Source: Lama glama (lineage: Eukaryota). From it: a stretch of 64,000 nt of DNA. The notes under the pieces are model-generated. The model worked only from the letters and a program-made list of their open reading frames with translations. It was not told where the DNA came from and searched no databases. Position numbers and translations under genes: made by a program. This document shows, in pieces, positions 1-11,785 of the stretch; position 1 is the stretch's first letter, and the number at the start of each line of letters is the position of its first letter. Where the stretch lies: assembly GCA_028534125.1 (NCBI GenBank), contig CM052818.1:39992001-40056000 (forward strand), in the 5' to 3' direction.

Positions 1-78
1 ATTTATTTGTTTAATATGAGTTTATTGCATAACTTTGTACCTTTCCCTTTAGAAAAGCATGGCTAAGAGGAGGCTCAC

Positions 79-370
79 ATTTCTTTCCAGGGTAAAATTG
101 GTAGGCGCCGTCCCTTTTTCGCCAAGTCTGCTCTCCTCTCTCTGAGCATACATAGTTTCCATGATCTTCCTCTTAGTTTCAGGTAGATGATGAAAACAAT
201 AATCTTCCAGGTACGTGAATTATAATAGCTCTCCAGACTCAGCGATGCAATATTGCTGGAGTGGCAGACATTTGAGATGGCAGTTGAGGAAATGAGACAG
301 TTCAGAGCCACCCCACGTTGACACTAAGACAAGCTCTGTTATTTGCTCGGAAATTCTTCCATAGGGAGAG
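79..370 (-). other. Candidate spliced exon (292 nt) of an unidentified minus-strand gene continuing left of the window; may contain a start codon (METMYAQREESRLGEKGTAPTNFTLERN, 162->79)
   Basis: Minus strand: CACTAAC branch-point consensus (452-446), about 75-nt pyrimidine tract, acceptor CAG (373-371), donor AAT|GTGAGC at 79/78; ATG at 162-160 in strong Kozak context (aagatcATGG). Confidence 0.5.
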
Positions 371-1699
371 CTGAGAGGAAGGGAGAAGAAGGAGAGAAGA
401 AAGAGGAGCATGGCAGAAAAGGAGGCATGGAGGAAGAGAGACACAGTTAGTGCAAGTATTGGGAGAAGAGAAAAGAAAGGGCGCATGTAACGTTAAGCCT
501 AACATTTTCCCCTGACTCAGAACATTAAAAACAATTTATCAAACTATGTGTGCACCCAGACATATTTTCCTGGATTGGAATGCTGTGGCCAGACCAGTCC
601 TACAACCACCCACCCATTAAACACAGATTAATGTCCTGGAAATTTGGGTGGAGGTCAGTGACGATCTCAAAATGAAGTCCCTGTAGCCAGGATGGCTGAG
701 CAAAGTCCTTTGCATCCTACTGGAGTGTCAGTCGGAGGCCTCATCTGATAGCAAATGATGAATAGCTGCTCTGCAAGGGAAGGATTGCCCCTGAGAAGCA
801 TTCCTGGGAAAGAGCATAAAACCACAATCAAATGACCATGCTGCATCCCACGTTAAGTACACAGTGAGTGGCTCATGTGTGTGGGCTTTGGACAGAAGTC
901 TAAGTCTCCAGATAGGCTGCTGGACTGCGAGTGCTCCTAATGACTTCACTGGCCTTGACATGTGAGGAAGCAGGACATGTACCCATTACAGGCAAATTTT
1001 TATTAGAGTGACCATTCCAAGGATTATTAGCAACTTGTAAAGAATGCAATTACCACTTAAGTTGTGTTCAGCTGAATGCATTTTAACTATAATTGAAAAC
1101 AAATGTATGCTTAACTGTATGGTTGGGTAAGCCTTGTGATTATGACTGTTATCTTATTATTTTCCATTAATTAAAACAGCATGTGCTGGAATTTATTTGC
1201 AACCATGCAGTGGCAATTCGATGAAGGCTCGAAACAGACTTCGCTTTAGCATTTGCTCTTCAGGCCCAACTCAGTGTGGGCCACTGTACTTTTGTCACAA
1301 ACTTTTTGGATCCACTGAAATGGTGAACAAAGGTATAGATGTACTTTTATTTGCATTATTTTAAGTGACTATTTTAAAACATACCACGCTCTTCCTTACT
1401 CTTATGTAACAGGAATGTCATTGATGGTTATGGCCACCTGACATTTTAATCTTGATGACTTTCAGAAGAAGTCAGTTTCTGACTTCTGTTGATCATTAAG
1501 AGGCATGTTGAGGGCTTAGGAGCTGCAGTATTATGTCTGTTTTTAACCACATGCAATTGTCAAGGGTCTCATGGGATTTTTTTTTTTTTTTTTGCCTCAG
1601 ATTGGATGTTTCATCCCAATGTACTAAGAAAATTTGACTTTAGGGGAATTTGCTGTAATTACATAACTTGCTTTCTGAGAACATGTTTCAAAGCTTAGA

Positions 1700-1885
1700 T
1701 TTGGAAATAATTGAACTGGCTCTAATGCTCTAATTTGAAGTGATATCAGGAAGTGACTTCATATCTCTGGACCTTGGTTTTGCCACCTGTAAAACTGGGA
1801 TAACAAACCTGATCTTATCTACTTAGCAGGGATATTTTGAGACCACAGGAGATGACAGCGGTGGAAGGGTTTTGAAACCTGTAAT
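1700..1885 (+). mobile_element. MIR SINE fragment
   Basis: Degenerate MIR core: ...ctctggaccttggttttgccacctgtaaaactgggataac...tatctacttagcaggg. Confidence 0.65.
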
Positions 1886-2699
1886 GACTGTTTCAGACGC
1901 TGGGATCATGATAACACCAAGAGCCTTCTCTCCTTGGACCCGAGATGTGTCTCCGTTGAATGCAGCAAGGTCCGGATAATTGTCAGATGCACAATAAATG
2001 TTTGCTGGAATGCAGCCATAGTTTCATGGGGTGCATCTTTAATGGTCATCATGATGCATCTAGCACAGACACACAGAGATGCATCTCAACCACAGATGGG
2101 GGGATTTAGGTAGCTTGAAAGGAAGCCCCCAGTCTTGGAGATGAAGGGCTCCTGGAATGCCTCTTGTAGAGTCTTCTCCAAGTGTCTTTTCCACTTGCTC
2201 TCCCACTGGCTTTCCTTGATCCTCTTATCATAACAAACTAAAGGTTTCTCTTTGGAGGTAGCCCTGTTTCATCTTACTTGTGATCACCATCCTCATTGTC
2301 AACTTAAGGTCATCTCTGAGCTTCCAGATGCTTATGTAAACCCAAACATGAACCATAGGATTGTGCCTTCCAGCAACCATACATGACAGTAGGAGATGCT
2401 GACCCAAGGGGACGTGCTTGGAAGAACGGCAAGCTAAGCTACAGAGAAGACAGGAACTCAGGATTCTAAATTTTGTAATGAGGCACTAGAATAAGGTTTT
2501 GGCAGAGATAGGGGAAAATGGCATTTGGTTTCAAGAAAAAAAACTGAGGAAATCAAAACTAGTTAAAGGTCAGCTTATAGAAGAATAAGTCTTTATAAAA
2601 CTACCAGTTAAGCACGGCATACAAGATCTCATCAAATCCAAGCCTTGCTTACCTTCTCTCCTTAGGTGGTCATTCTCACCTCTCTTTTATTCACCAGGC

Positions 2700-2955
2700 A
2701 CATTGACTCTACATTTGAAAAACATTTGGAACATTCCCCCTTTTCTGAATGTGCAGTGTTTTTAGGGCTGTTGTCTCTGCTTGGAATCCCTCCCCCCGTC
2801 TCCACCTGAGGAGCTCAGAGTACCATGATGGCATAATTCTGTATCTGTCTCCTTCACAACCCACAAGCCCCTTGAGAGCAGCAGCTTGTCTTGTTCACTT
2901 CTATGTTTTCAAAACTCAGTCGGGTGCTAGTGCAGAGGGTGTATAGACTGAATGT
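2700..2955 (+). mobile_element. L2 LINE 3' fragment
   Basis: L2-like motifs tctgcttggaatccctcccc and cttgagagcagcagcttgtcttgttcact, ending gactgaatg. Confidence 0.5.
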
Positions 2956-2964
2956 AAGTAAGTA

Positions 2965-3161
2965 CCATTGACGTCCAGAAGAACTTTCTGTGATGATGGG
3001 AAGGAGTGTTCTGTATCTGTGCCATCCAGTCTGATAGCTACAAGCCATACGTAGTGACTGAGCACTTGAAATGTGACTAGTGCACCTGAGGAACTTTATT
3101 TTTAATTGAAATGAATTTATGTAGCTCACGTGACTAGTGGCCACTGTACTGGACAGTGCAG
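2965..3161 (+). mobile_element. MER3-like hAT-Charlie DNA transposon (non-autonomous)
   Basis: agaactttctgtgatgatgg...gagcacttgaaatgtgactagtgcacctgaggaact...gtgactagtggccactgtactggacagtgcag matches remembered MER3 consensus. Confidence 0.85.
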
Positions 3162-3887
3162 ATACAGATAATGATGGGGGAGTGGCCCAAAGTGATTCTA
3201 AGAAAAGGTGCTCAGGTTCCATGCCAAGGGGGCTGCTATAAACCTGCAAGAGTGAGACTTGGTATGAGAAAGGACATCTTGCCCAACACCCACAATCTTC
3301 CCTTATATAGTGTTGGTCATACAGTCCCATCACTGGCTTGGAAGCTTGAAAACATCAGCATCCATAAGCTATGCCCTCTCTCTCTGACTTGCCTCTGCAG
3401 CTCAGTGCTGGACACACTCTGTATGGTTGGTGCCTGTAAAAAGAATCCTTTCTCTAAAGTATGAAGAGGCTTCTAGGAAAGGAATCAAATTATGGAGGAG
3501 GGAATGAATTTTTTAGGGTCGGCTGAAGGAGCTATCCTAGCAAGAGACAAGGCTGGAAGGCCCCTCTCCTGGGTGGAGCCGTCTTGCCTTTGGCACAGTC
3601 ATTTTTATAAGGCCAAGGAAGGTACAGGGCAGCCAGGGAGACAGAGCATGTCTGGGTCAGGGAGAAACAAAGAGCACTGCAGGGTCACCAGTTGGAACAA
3701 ACTGAAACCGAACACAGATGGAGGTCACGCTACATGCTTTCCAGATGCCTCCCTGGAAGCGGTTCCTATTATATCTCTGCAAAGGAGGTGTTTGAAACAA
3801 AAGTGAGATCATCACAGCTCCAGGACCATGTAACTGTGACTCTCTAGAACCGCAGTGTCCATGCTGGGGTTACCTCTGGTCATTACC

Positions 3888-4037
3888 CAGACGGGTTCTT
3901 AGCATGGCTCCAGAAGATCCACAAGGCCCCTGAATTGTAGGTAAATATTGTGCATATAAGCATTTTCCAGAAAGATGACACTTGGGATTCATAAAAATTT
4001 CAATGAGATTTACAAATCAAAAGATTCCAAACCACTG
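3888..4037. mobile_element. MER103C-like hAT-Charlie MITE
   Basis: gggttcttagc...cccctgaattgtaggtaaatattgtgcatataagcattttcc...aaccactg; terminal inverted repeat-like ends. Confidence 0.6.
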
Positions 4038-4110
4038 TTCTATTTCACATCCCATCTCCCATGTCCTAGGTGAAGAATTTGAGACTGAGAGAGCGAAAAT
4101 GGCATTTCCT

Positions 4111-5058
4111 ATGCAAAGGAAAACCACAATGGGATATCACCTCACACTTGTTTGAATGACTATCATCAAAGAGATAAGAGTTAACAAAAGTTGGTGTGGA
4201 CGTGGAGAAAAGTGAACCCTTGTGCACTGCTGGTGAGATTGTTGGTACAGCCACTGTGGAAAATATAATGGAGGATCCTCAAAAAATTAAAAATAGAACT
4301 ACTGTATGATGCAGCAATTCTACTTCTGAGAACATACCCAAAGGAAGTGAAAACGCTAAGTCGAAAAGATATCTGCACTCCCATGTTCACAGCAGCATTA
4401 TTTACAATAGCCAAGACTTAGAGGCAACTGAAGTGTCCATGGATGAATGCATAAAGAAGTCGTGGTGTATATACACAGTGGAATATTATGCAGCCTTAAA
4501 AAACAAGGAAATACTACCCTTTGCAACAGCATGAATTGGCCTTGAAGGCATTATGCTAAGTGAAATAAGACAGACAGAGCAGGACAAATACTGTATGAAT
4601 CTCCTGTGTGAAATCTAAGAACAAAACAAAGCTAAAACAAACAACAACAACAAAAAACCCAAATTCACAGGAAAAGAGATCAGAGTTGTGCTTACTGGAG
4701 GTGGGGAGTAGGGAAAGGGAGAACTGGAGAAAGACGGTCAAAAGGCACAACCTTCCAGTTATAAGCAAATAAGTTCTAGAGTTGTAATGTACAATATGAT
4801 GACTGTAACTTATGCTGCTGAATGATATATAGGGCAGTTGTTAGGAGGATAAATCCTAAGAGCTCTCATTGTAAGGATTTTTTTTCCTTTTTCTTTTTTT
4901 TCCTTTTCTTTTTATTGTATCTATATGAGAAGATGGATGTTAGCTAAACCTATTGTGGTAATCATTTCACAATATACGTAGATCAAGCCATCATGCTGTA
5001 TGCCTTCAACTTACACAGTGATGTATGCCAATTATTTCTCAATAAAACTGGGGGAAAA
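4111..5058 (+). mobile_element. 5'-truncated L1 (ORF2 3' end plus L1MA9-like 3'UTR) with degenerate TSD, inserted in a MIR
   Basis: aaaaccacaatgggatatcacctcacac...cccatgttcacagcagcattatttacaatagccaag...tgtggtaatcatttcacaatata...ctcaataaaactgg; flanks gaaaatggcatttcc (4095) and gaaaatgacattttcc (5054). Confidence 0.92.
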
Positions 5059-7999
5059 TGACATTTTCCAGATCATGCCTTGAGTCAGTGGCAGATCAAG
5101 GATGGAAGAGAACAGAACCAGGGTAGAGCTTATAGTTGCTCATTACAGACCGGATTCCATTTGCCCCATTTATGATCAGCACTTTTGGAAGTGGTGGTTC
5201 TGCTTCATATTCACCTAACACATCAAAATCTACCTTTATTTCTCTGATCTCCGCAATGTATCATGAGAAACTCTGTTGTGCCTGATTGAATACCAGCGCT
5301 GACGTCCAGTCTTCACGATTCCCAGCGGCCACTGGAAACTGTAGAATTAACACACATGTCTGTGGATTCTCACACAAACCAAATATTGTCGGTAGACTGA
5401 ATAAATTATGGTTTCCACATAGGGATGAGCACCTTAAAAACAGATGTAGACAATGTGGGCGTAAACAAAATGCTAATGTATGTAAAAACCAATTCATTTG
5501 AAACAAAGCACAAGAAGTAAAACAACTGGCATTGAGGCTGTAAGCTGTGAAATACTTTGACGCCACAAGGAGCCACCTCACACTCAAAGAAGTATGGACC
5601 ACACCTTCTGCATTTGCCTGGTTTGGCAATCCTGAGAAATGAAGTAAGTTCAAGTGGGTATGTTCTTAATGAATATATTGCTGAAATGCTTTCTCTAGAC
5701 CACAAATCGAAGTAAGCTACTGACATTTCTCAAGTGAAGGCACCCCATCCTACAACGAGGGTCTCTGATTCTGCCCGGCACCCTCAGCTTCACTGAGGCC
5801 GCTTAGAAAGCACATGGGTTTCGGACCTTTAGGGTGGTGGGCTGTTGGTACTGTCTTTCCTGGGGATGTTGGGCTCACCATTGGGCAGATGGGTTAGGGT
5901 TAGAGTCCCTGCAACAACACTGGGGACAACTGGTACAACTACATACTCCGATGGGGAATGTGGTCTGGGGTTGACTGGATGACACACTGCCAACTGAGTG
6001 GCAGACACGCTGTCTCATCCAAGGTCCCAGAAGGAAACAAATGGCCAGCGCGGTCTGCCTGGCTTACTTGTAATGGAGCTGCCATGTATTATGCCCCCTG
6101 CTTAGTTTATTCTCACTGGGGCTTTTCATAAATGAAAACTAACTTGTGGATTGTACTGTCGTGAGCATTTAAAACACACACTTAGGGGCACACCAGTCAT
6201 TTCACTTCCTAGCTTTCCTCCTAAGGACCTTAATTAAATTCTAGGCCAAGAAAATCCCAAGGGACTAGGACCACACACTGTACTTTACACTGTGTTTTAG
6301 AGATGATGGACTGCTCCCACAATAGCCACAAGTAGCCACATTCTTAAAGAGCACCCCTGCACCACCCCTCGAGGCATTTCCACTCGGTGTTGCTGGTTCA
6401 GACATCTACGGACGGCACCCTGTTCAGCAAGTAGAGCGCCGAGGGCCTCCCTCTGCCAGAGTAGCTGGAGGAGATGGACCTGGGCCCCAGTCCCCCTCTG
6501 GGAGGCGCACTTCACACTTCCTCCGGAAGGCTGTGGGGTCGCCTGCCAAAAGGATGTGCATCTCAGGAAGCTGGCTCCGACAGGAGGTGCGGGGCCAGCG
6601 GAGAAACTCGGATTGCTTTCTGTTACAAGACAGTGGGCTCACTGGAGAAACATGTTCCAATTTCGCTGAGGGTTTGTTAATAGAACTGAGTGGGTTTAGT
6701 TCACCGGACCTTCTCCTTACCCAGCATGGCAGAGCCTGACTCCCCCGTGTTTCCCGCCTCCCAGAGGTAATGCAGGCTCCTGTGCCCGTCCCTCTGCCAA
6801 AGGCCACTGTGTGTGACTTCATGGCCCCTTTAGTTTAAGGCTTGTGTCCCTACCATGGCACCACCCACCCCCGTTTCTCATTTGAAGACTCCTTCAGTCA
6901 TCCACACTTATCACAATGGGTTTACAGAATGTTTTTCCAGAAAGTAATTTTGACTGTGATACGTGTGGCATAATCTTGTGTATTTTGAGAGAAGGTTATA
7001 CTACCAAGGTGAGGACAAACAACTGGAAATGAAGAAGAGAACGCTCTGCATCAGCCTACTTTAACATTTTTAGAGAGGATCCCTACTTGTTTGTTGGGAG
7101 TTGAATTCCAGGTGTGAGAAGTTACTAGGGGCTCACATACACATGACTGGAGTCAGAAATGAGTGCTGAAAACCAACAGCACTTCACATCGTGGGCTCTT
7201 CTGTGAAGGTGTCTTGCTCTTTTAGGTGCTAATCAAAGGCCTTAGGAACACAGAACTGCTGACCCCCTGCCTGTCTGAGGCAGGGTTTCACACACACCCT
7301 GTACGTGGTACACTCCAGGATCGCCGTGCTCCCTGAGACAGACGGGAGAAGCTTACAAGATTTAGCCAGTTTCCTAAGAAAGAGACTGGTCTTGGAGGTC
7401 TGGAACGATGTGGTCCGGATAAAAAGATATGATTGGAGAATGTCAGAAATGCCAGGAAAATCTGGAAGACGGGCCTTTCACTATCAGTGCCCTAAAGCTC
7501 TCCCAGTCCAGCAAAGCTGGCTGATAACTGGAATCTCCTTATCAACGCAGGAGAACGAATTCAGAAAACAATGCAGTGGACCAGTTGCTTTTAACCACCG
7601 GATGTGGGGGGGGGTTTCCGTATTGACTGAACTTTTAAAGAGAACGTTTCTCAATGTTGGTTTTAAAAGAAGGGCGATTATTTTCATTAGCAAGTGTTTC
7701 ATGAATACCTACTCTAGGCGGATCAGTAACCCAAACATGAAAACAGACTCAGCTTTGAGGGCGAGGCCCACCCAGGCTCAGGGGCTTCTAGAGAGCAAAA
7801 CTGGCCATTGGACTGAAAGGAAATCCAGCCCAACAGTATCTTTCTGGACAAATCCCTGAAAAAAAAAATAAGAAAAGATAAGACAGAATACTAGCTATGG
7901 AAACGCAAACTGTAGGTTCTCTAAAGGAATCAATTTTGTCGAGATCCTAGAAGGTGAGACGATAAAAACTAAAGCAAACTAGATGGGTACAGTTGATTT

Positions 8000-8110
8000 T
8001 TTTTTTTTTTTGTCATGAAGGAAACTGGCTCAGAGAAGGTAAGGGACTTTTCTGAGGGAGCAGAGGGAAAAACTGGGTGAGTTTCCAGTTTCTTAATTCC
8101 AAGTCTAGTC
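8000..8110 (-). mobile_element. MIR fragment
   Basis: aaggaaactggctcagagaaggtaagggactttt resembles reverse MIR core. Confidence 0.5.
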
Positions 8111-8189
8111 TGGCTTCCCTTCCCCGACAGCTTCACTTTCGTCCCCTTGCCTTCCAGAGCAAGCCTTAACGTCTTTCAGTTTATCGTGC

Positions 8190-8520
8190 AAGAGCTCTGA
8201 CGGGGCCAGGGCGCAGTGGACGGGAGGTCGTCGTCCGGCTGCGCGCGGGCTGCTTCCTCCCTCAGTTGGAAACGCGGGCTGATACCGATGGGGCGCTGTG
8301 CGTGACAGCAAGAGCAGAAAGTTGCTAGATGACTGCCTGGTCGAATCCGGTCCCCTCCTCAGAGGGTTACTTTTTCAGCATGTATTTTTCAGCAGAAGCG
8401 GTAAGATCTCCTTCCGCCACTCCAGGTGGCTGTGTCTCTCCCCACACGTTGTAAGGAACAGGACAGTCCCTACGGCGGCTTGGTCCCCGGCCCCCAGGCG
8501 GACCGTGTGGGGAGAGAGGT
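8190..8520. promoter_or_regulatory. CpG-enriched promoter-like segment
   Basis: Local CpG cluster (gtcgtcgtccggctgcgcgcgggc, aacgcggg, ccgatggggcgc) in a CpG-poor window; RFX-like GTTGCTAGATGAC at 8321; donor GCG|GTAAGA at 8400/8401. Confidence 0.4.
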
Positions 8521-9469
8521 GATGCTGCTTCAGGGGATCCTGGGGCAGAGGCTCGGCAGGAGGGACCAGGGCACGGAAGGTGAAGGACAGGGATGAAGGA
8601 GCAACCTTGGGCAGTGCCAGGGCTTTCCGTGTCTGGGTGGGAAATCATGGGAAACTCTCCTTAGAAACCCTCTTTCCTGAGACATGGGATTTTAGTATCA
8701 TGCGGGACCCTGAGATAAAACTCTTCTACCAGGAAGAGAGGGATTGACAAACTCATCAGTTATTCATTTTGGTGAGTACTTTTGGGTTGTATTCCTAAAA
8801 GTTGAATGGAAAAACAGCTGGTAAACGGGCATACACACACACATATAGTAAATCAACAGACATACATGCTGTCAATTCTTCCCAATTTTCTGTCCCCACG
8901 TAAGTGTAGAATTTAGGTTATGTTCTGCAAACGACAGACGTTCCCCCGAAGGCTTTTGCTCACTCTGAGGTTTCACAGAGTTATAAACCACCAGTCCAAG
9001 GCAAGCCTGGACAATTGGGCAAAATGGAACGTGCTAATAGGGACAGTGTGTTGGGAGGCGCTGCTGGTGATGGGTCTTGGATTGGAAGCCCTTCGGGAAG
9101 CTCTCACAGCAGCTGACCCTGAATACCCTCAGCGGCAACCACGTGAAGTGCATCTCTGCACACACCTGGGTCCCAGCAGGAAGGTCTAAAGGTACTCACA
9201 TTTTCTTACAATAAGAACAAAGAAAATCTGTCCTGCTCTCACTCGCTCATCTGTTCCTTCTTATTTTGTCCCTGGTCAGGACCAAAAGATAATTCTGGCC
9301 ATGGCAGGCTACCTCTGAATGTGGCTGTTTTCTGTTTGGTTTCGGTCACATCCAGGTCACCTTTACGGAAGGCACTTTGCATTCTCATACTGGGCTATCG
9401 TGGAGTTCGCAAACTGGGAATACCTGGGTCGAAACAAAATGATGTCAAGGAAAGAAGGAACCATTCTGA

Positions 9470-9780
9470 TATTCATTTGGCACGTATTTATTTATCAGAG
9501 CAGGGTTCAGTGTTGGAAATAGAAAAAACTAGACAGTCCTTGCTGTGGAGAGGCCCACAGTGTGGTGGGAACGCAGATGTATAAACGGATGATCACAAAA
9601 CTGACGTGTGTTAATAGACAGGTATGCATGAAGTATAATGGTAGCATGGAGAGTAGTCATCTCCTGTATGAGCAGGAGTCATAAAACAGGTGAGGCCTAT
9701 AAAGAATAATCCAGGGCTCAGCAAGCTGGGGAAAGGATATAAAATTTTAGACAAAAACAGCATATGCAACATTGCAGAAA
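9470..9780 (-). mobile_element. L2 3' fragment
   Basis: attcatttggcacgtatttatt...agacagtccttgctgtggagaggcccacagtgtggtggga, typical reverse L2 tail. Confidence 0.5.
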
Positions 9781-11564
9781 TGGATATTATGCTAATCTAC
9801 TACTCTGACTCACGTAGAATAAGATGCTGATTGCATTTCCCTCTGTGAGAAAGAAATAGACAAACATCAGGGTGGAAGGGGGACTGAGAGAGAGGAAGAT
9901 ATTGAGAAACAAGAATATAGATCAATTTGGTAGACCATCACTTGTGTGAGCATCCCATGGAAAAAAGACAGAAAGACTCTCCTTCAAAATTGTTGACTCA
10001 TTTGTGCCCATAACTAGTAACTTCCTATTGCTGGAATTGTGAAACTGAGCCTGGAACGGAGCATTCGACACCAAGGCCTCGTCATAGAGCCCACTGAGTC
10101 AGAAGAGCAGTGCTCTGCGGAGTCCGGGAGGCTGCCTAGCTCAGGAGCCAATTTTTCCTCTCCTCCAGGCCAGTGAAGCATCTTGAAGTGGAGCTCTCTG
10201 ATCTGGAGATCATGTGAGCGTGATGTTCTCCCCTGAGTTACAAGCTGCTCCCAGTGGGTGGATGCCATTAACTCCGTAAGGCTCCCAAGGGAGGTGGACT
10301 TCTTGGTCCAACGAGTTTGGTGAAGGGCCGGAATCCATCAGCAACTGTCCACAAAAGGACTCCCCACTGAAGAACCAGCCCCGGGCAAAATACACTTTAT
10401 GGAAAGTGAAGCAGTACCACGGAAGGACTTGGCCTCTTCCTTGATCCTGGGCTGGGGGTGACTCCCCGGGGAGGACTGCCTGACCACGGCTGTCAGAGGC
10501 TGTGTCCAAGTTCGGATTTGAAGGGAGCAGCAGACAGCCAACTGCAGGTGTTGGCATGCCCCTCCCTTCACCCACAGACCTTCTGGAGAAAGCTGTGCTT
10601 TCTGAGAAGGACCTAATGAAAAAGATCAAGCTCACGCAGAGGCCCTGCTGTGCAGGAAGATTGCTTCCAAGGAGCGATTCATTTTTAGTTTAACAACTGT
10701 GCATTTGGTCCCCACACAATTTATCTTCGTGCAAAATCACATACCTGTGTGCCAGATGTGCACAGCTGTATGTGAGCAACTGCTGATCTATCTGGATCAC
10801 ATGCCAAGGGCCTGTTTCTTTAAATTAGGGGTGGGTTGAGATTTGGGCCGTGTGAAAATTTCATTTTGAAACCAGAAACCAAGTGAGCCTGGGCTACACT
10901 GGGGGGTTGGAGGATGATGAACCCAAGTTGAATTAGTCTTTTCCAGGACCCCCCAGAACCTCCCCCTTCCATGACCCCTGAGGCTCAGCTGCACTCTGGG
11001 TCTGCAGAGGTTAGGCTATCTGGAGACTCAGTCCTGCCAAAGTGTGCGCCCTGGTAAATGCTTGCGGTGAAACTACAAACCCTCTGCCCAGCCCTCGGGA
11101 ACTCCAGGAGCAGAATCGAACTTGACATTTTTAGTTTGTGTTTCAGTTTTTCCCCCTGGACTCAGAAGCAGCAAGACCACAAAACACTCAATGAGGTCTA
11201 CCCACCCCCCACCCCAGCAGCAGGGGTAAGGCCATTCACGGAAGGGCAGGGAACCAAGGAAATGAGAGGGCCGTCCCCCCAGAAACCCACAGCTGTGCAG
11301 GCACTGGGGGCCCCCAGCACCAGCGCATGGGTGCTCCCCTCTGGTCTTGCCTGTCTCTTTTCGTGGCCAAAGATAGTCAACGTTGAAAGAGCTCCAGTCA
11401 TCATTTTGTCATTTCATGATGGATTTATTGAGTGTCCACTAACGCCAGGTGTGTGCTTGGCATCAATGGTGGTAAAATGGTGGACACATAATAAACGTTC
11501 AGTGTGTGTTGGTGGCCGATGAGATTACTGAAGATTTACCACTTTTCTATTTTTCCTTGACCTC

Positions 11565-11785
11565 CCAGATGCTAAATACTAGGCATGAAGCCTCCCATTA
11601 ATTCTCACAACTCCATAGGCAGGCTTATTTTAAGACCACTATTATTACTGTTTTGCCAGCAGGCAAGCTGAGGCTCAGAGTAGTCACAAAACTTACTTAA
11701 AAATCACCTATCTCCTCCATGGTGGAGCCGTGATTAAGATTCAGCTATGTCTGATTTCAAATTCTGTCTTCTTTCCACCGTGCTG
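11565..11785 (-). mobile_element. MIR SINE
   Basis: attctcacaactccatagg...aagctgaggctcagagtagt...ggtggagccgtgattaagattcagctatgtctgatttcaaa. Confidence 0.7.

Noticed and set aside
150..330. Superficial resemblance of the read-through peptide to the cGAS/Mab21 C-terminus (W..L..F.NC..L.CL) and to a stretch of ANKUB1 (DY.FH..L.E.K...E.MYA)
   Set aside because: Needs several gaps, and identity is far below what mammalian orthologues show; treated as coincidence unless a profile search says otherwise
1467..1487. Perfect 9-bp hairpin agaagtcag-ttt-ctgacttct
   Set aside because: Expected by chance at this window size; intrinsic terminators are irrelevant in mammalian DNA
4066..4768. ORFs such as MAIVNNAAVNMGVQISF (similar ones at 46136-46528 and 57378-57689)
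   Set aside because: Antisense translations of L1 3' ends, not host genes
7305..7859. 184-aa ORF, the longest outside the gap
   Set aside because: GTG start, no recognisable domain, no convincing splice signals
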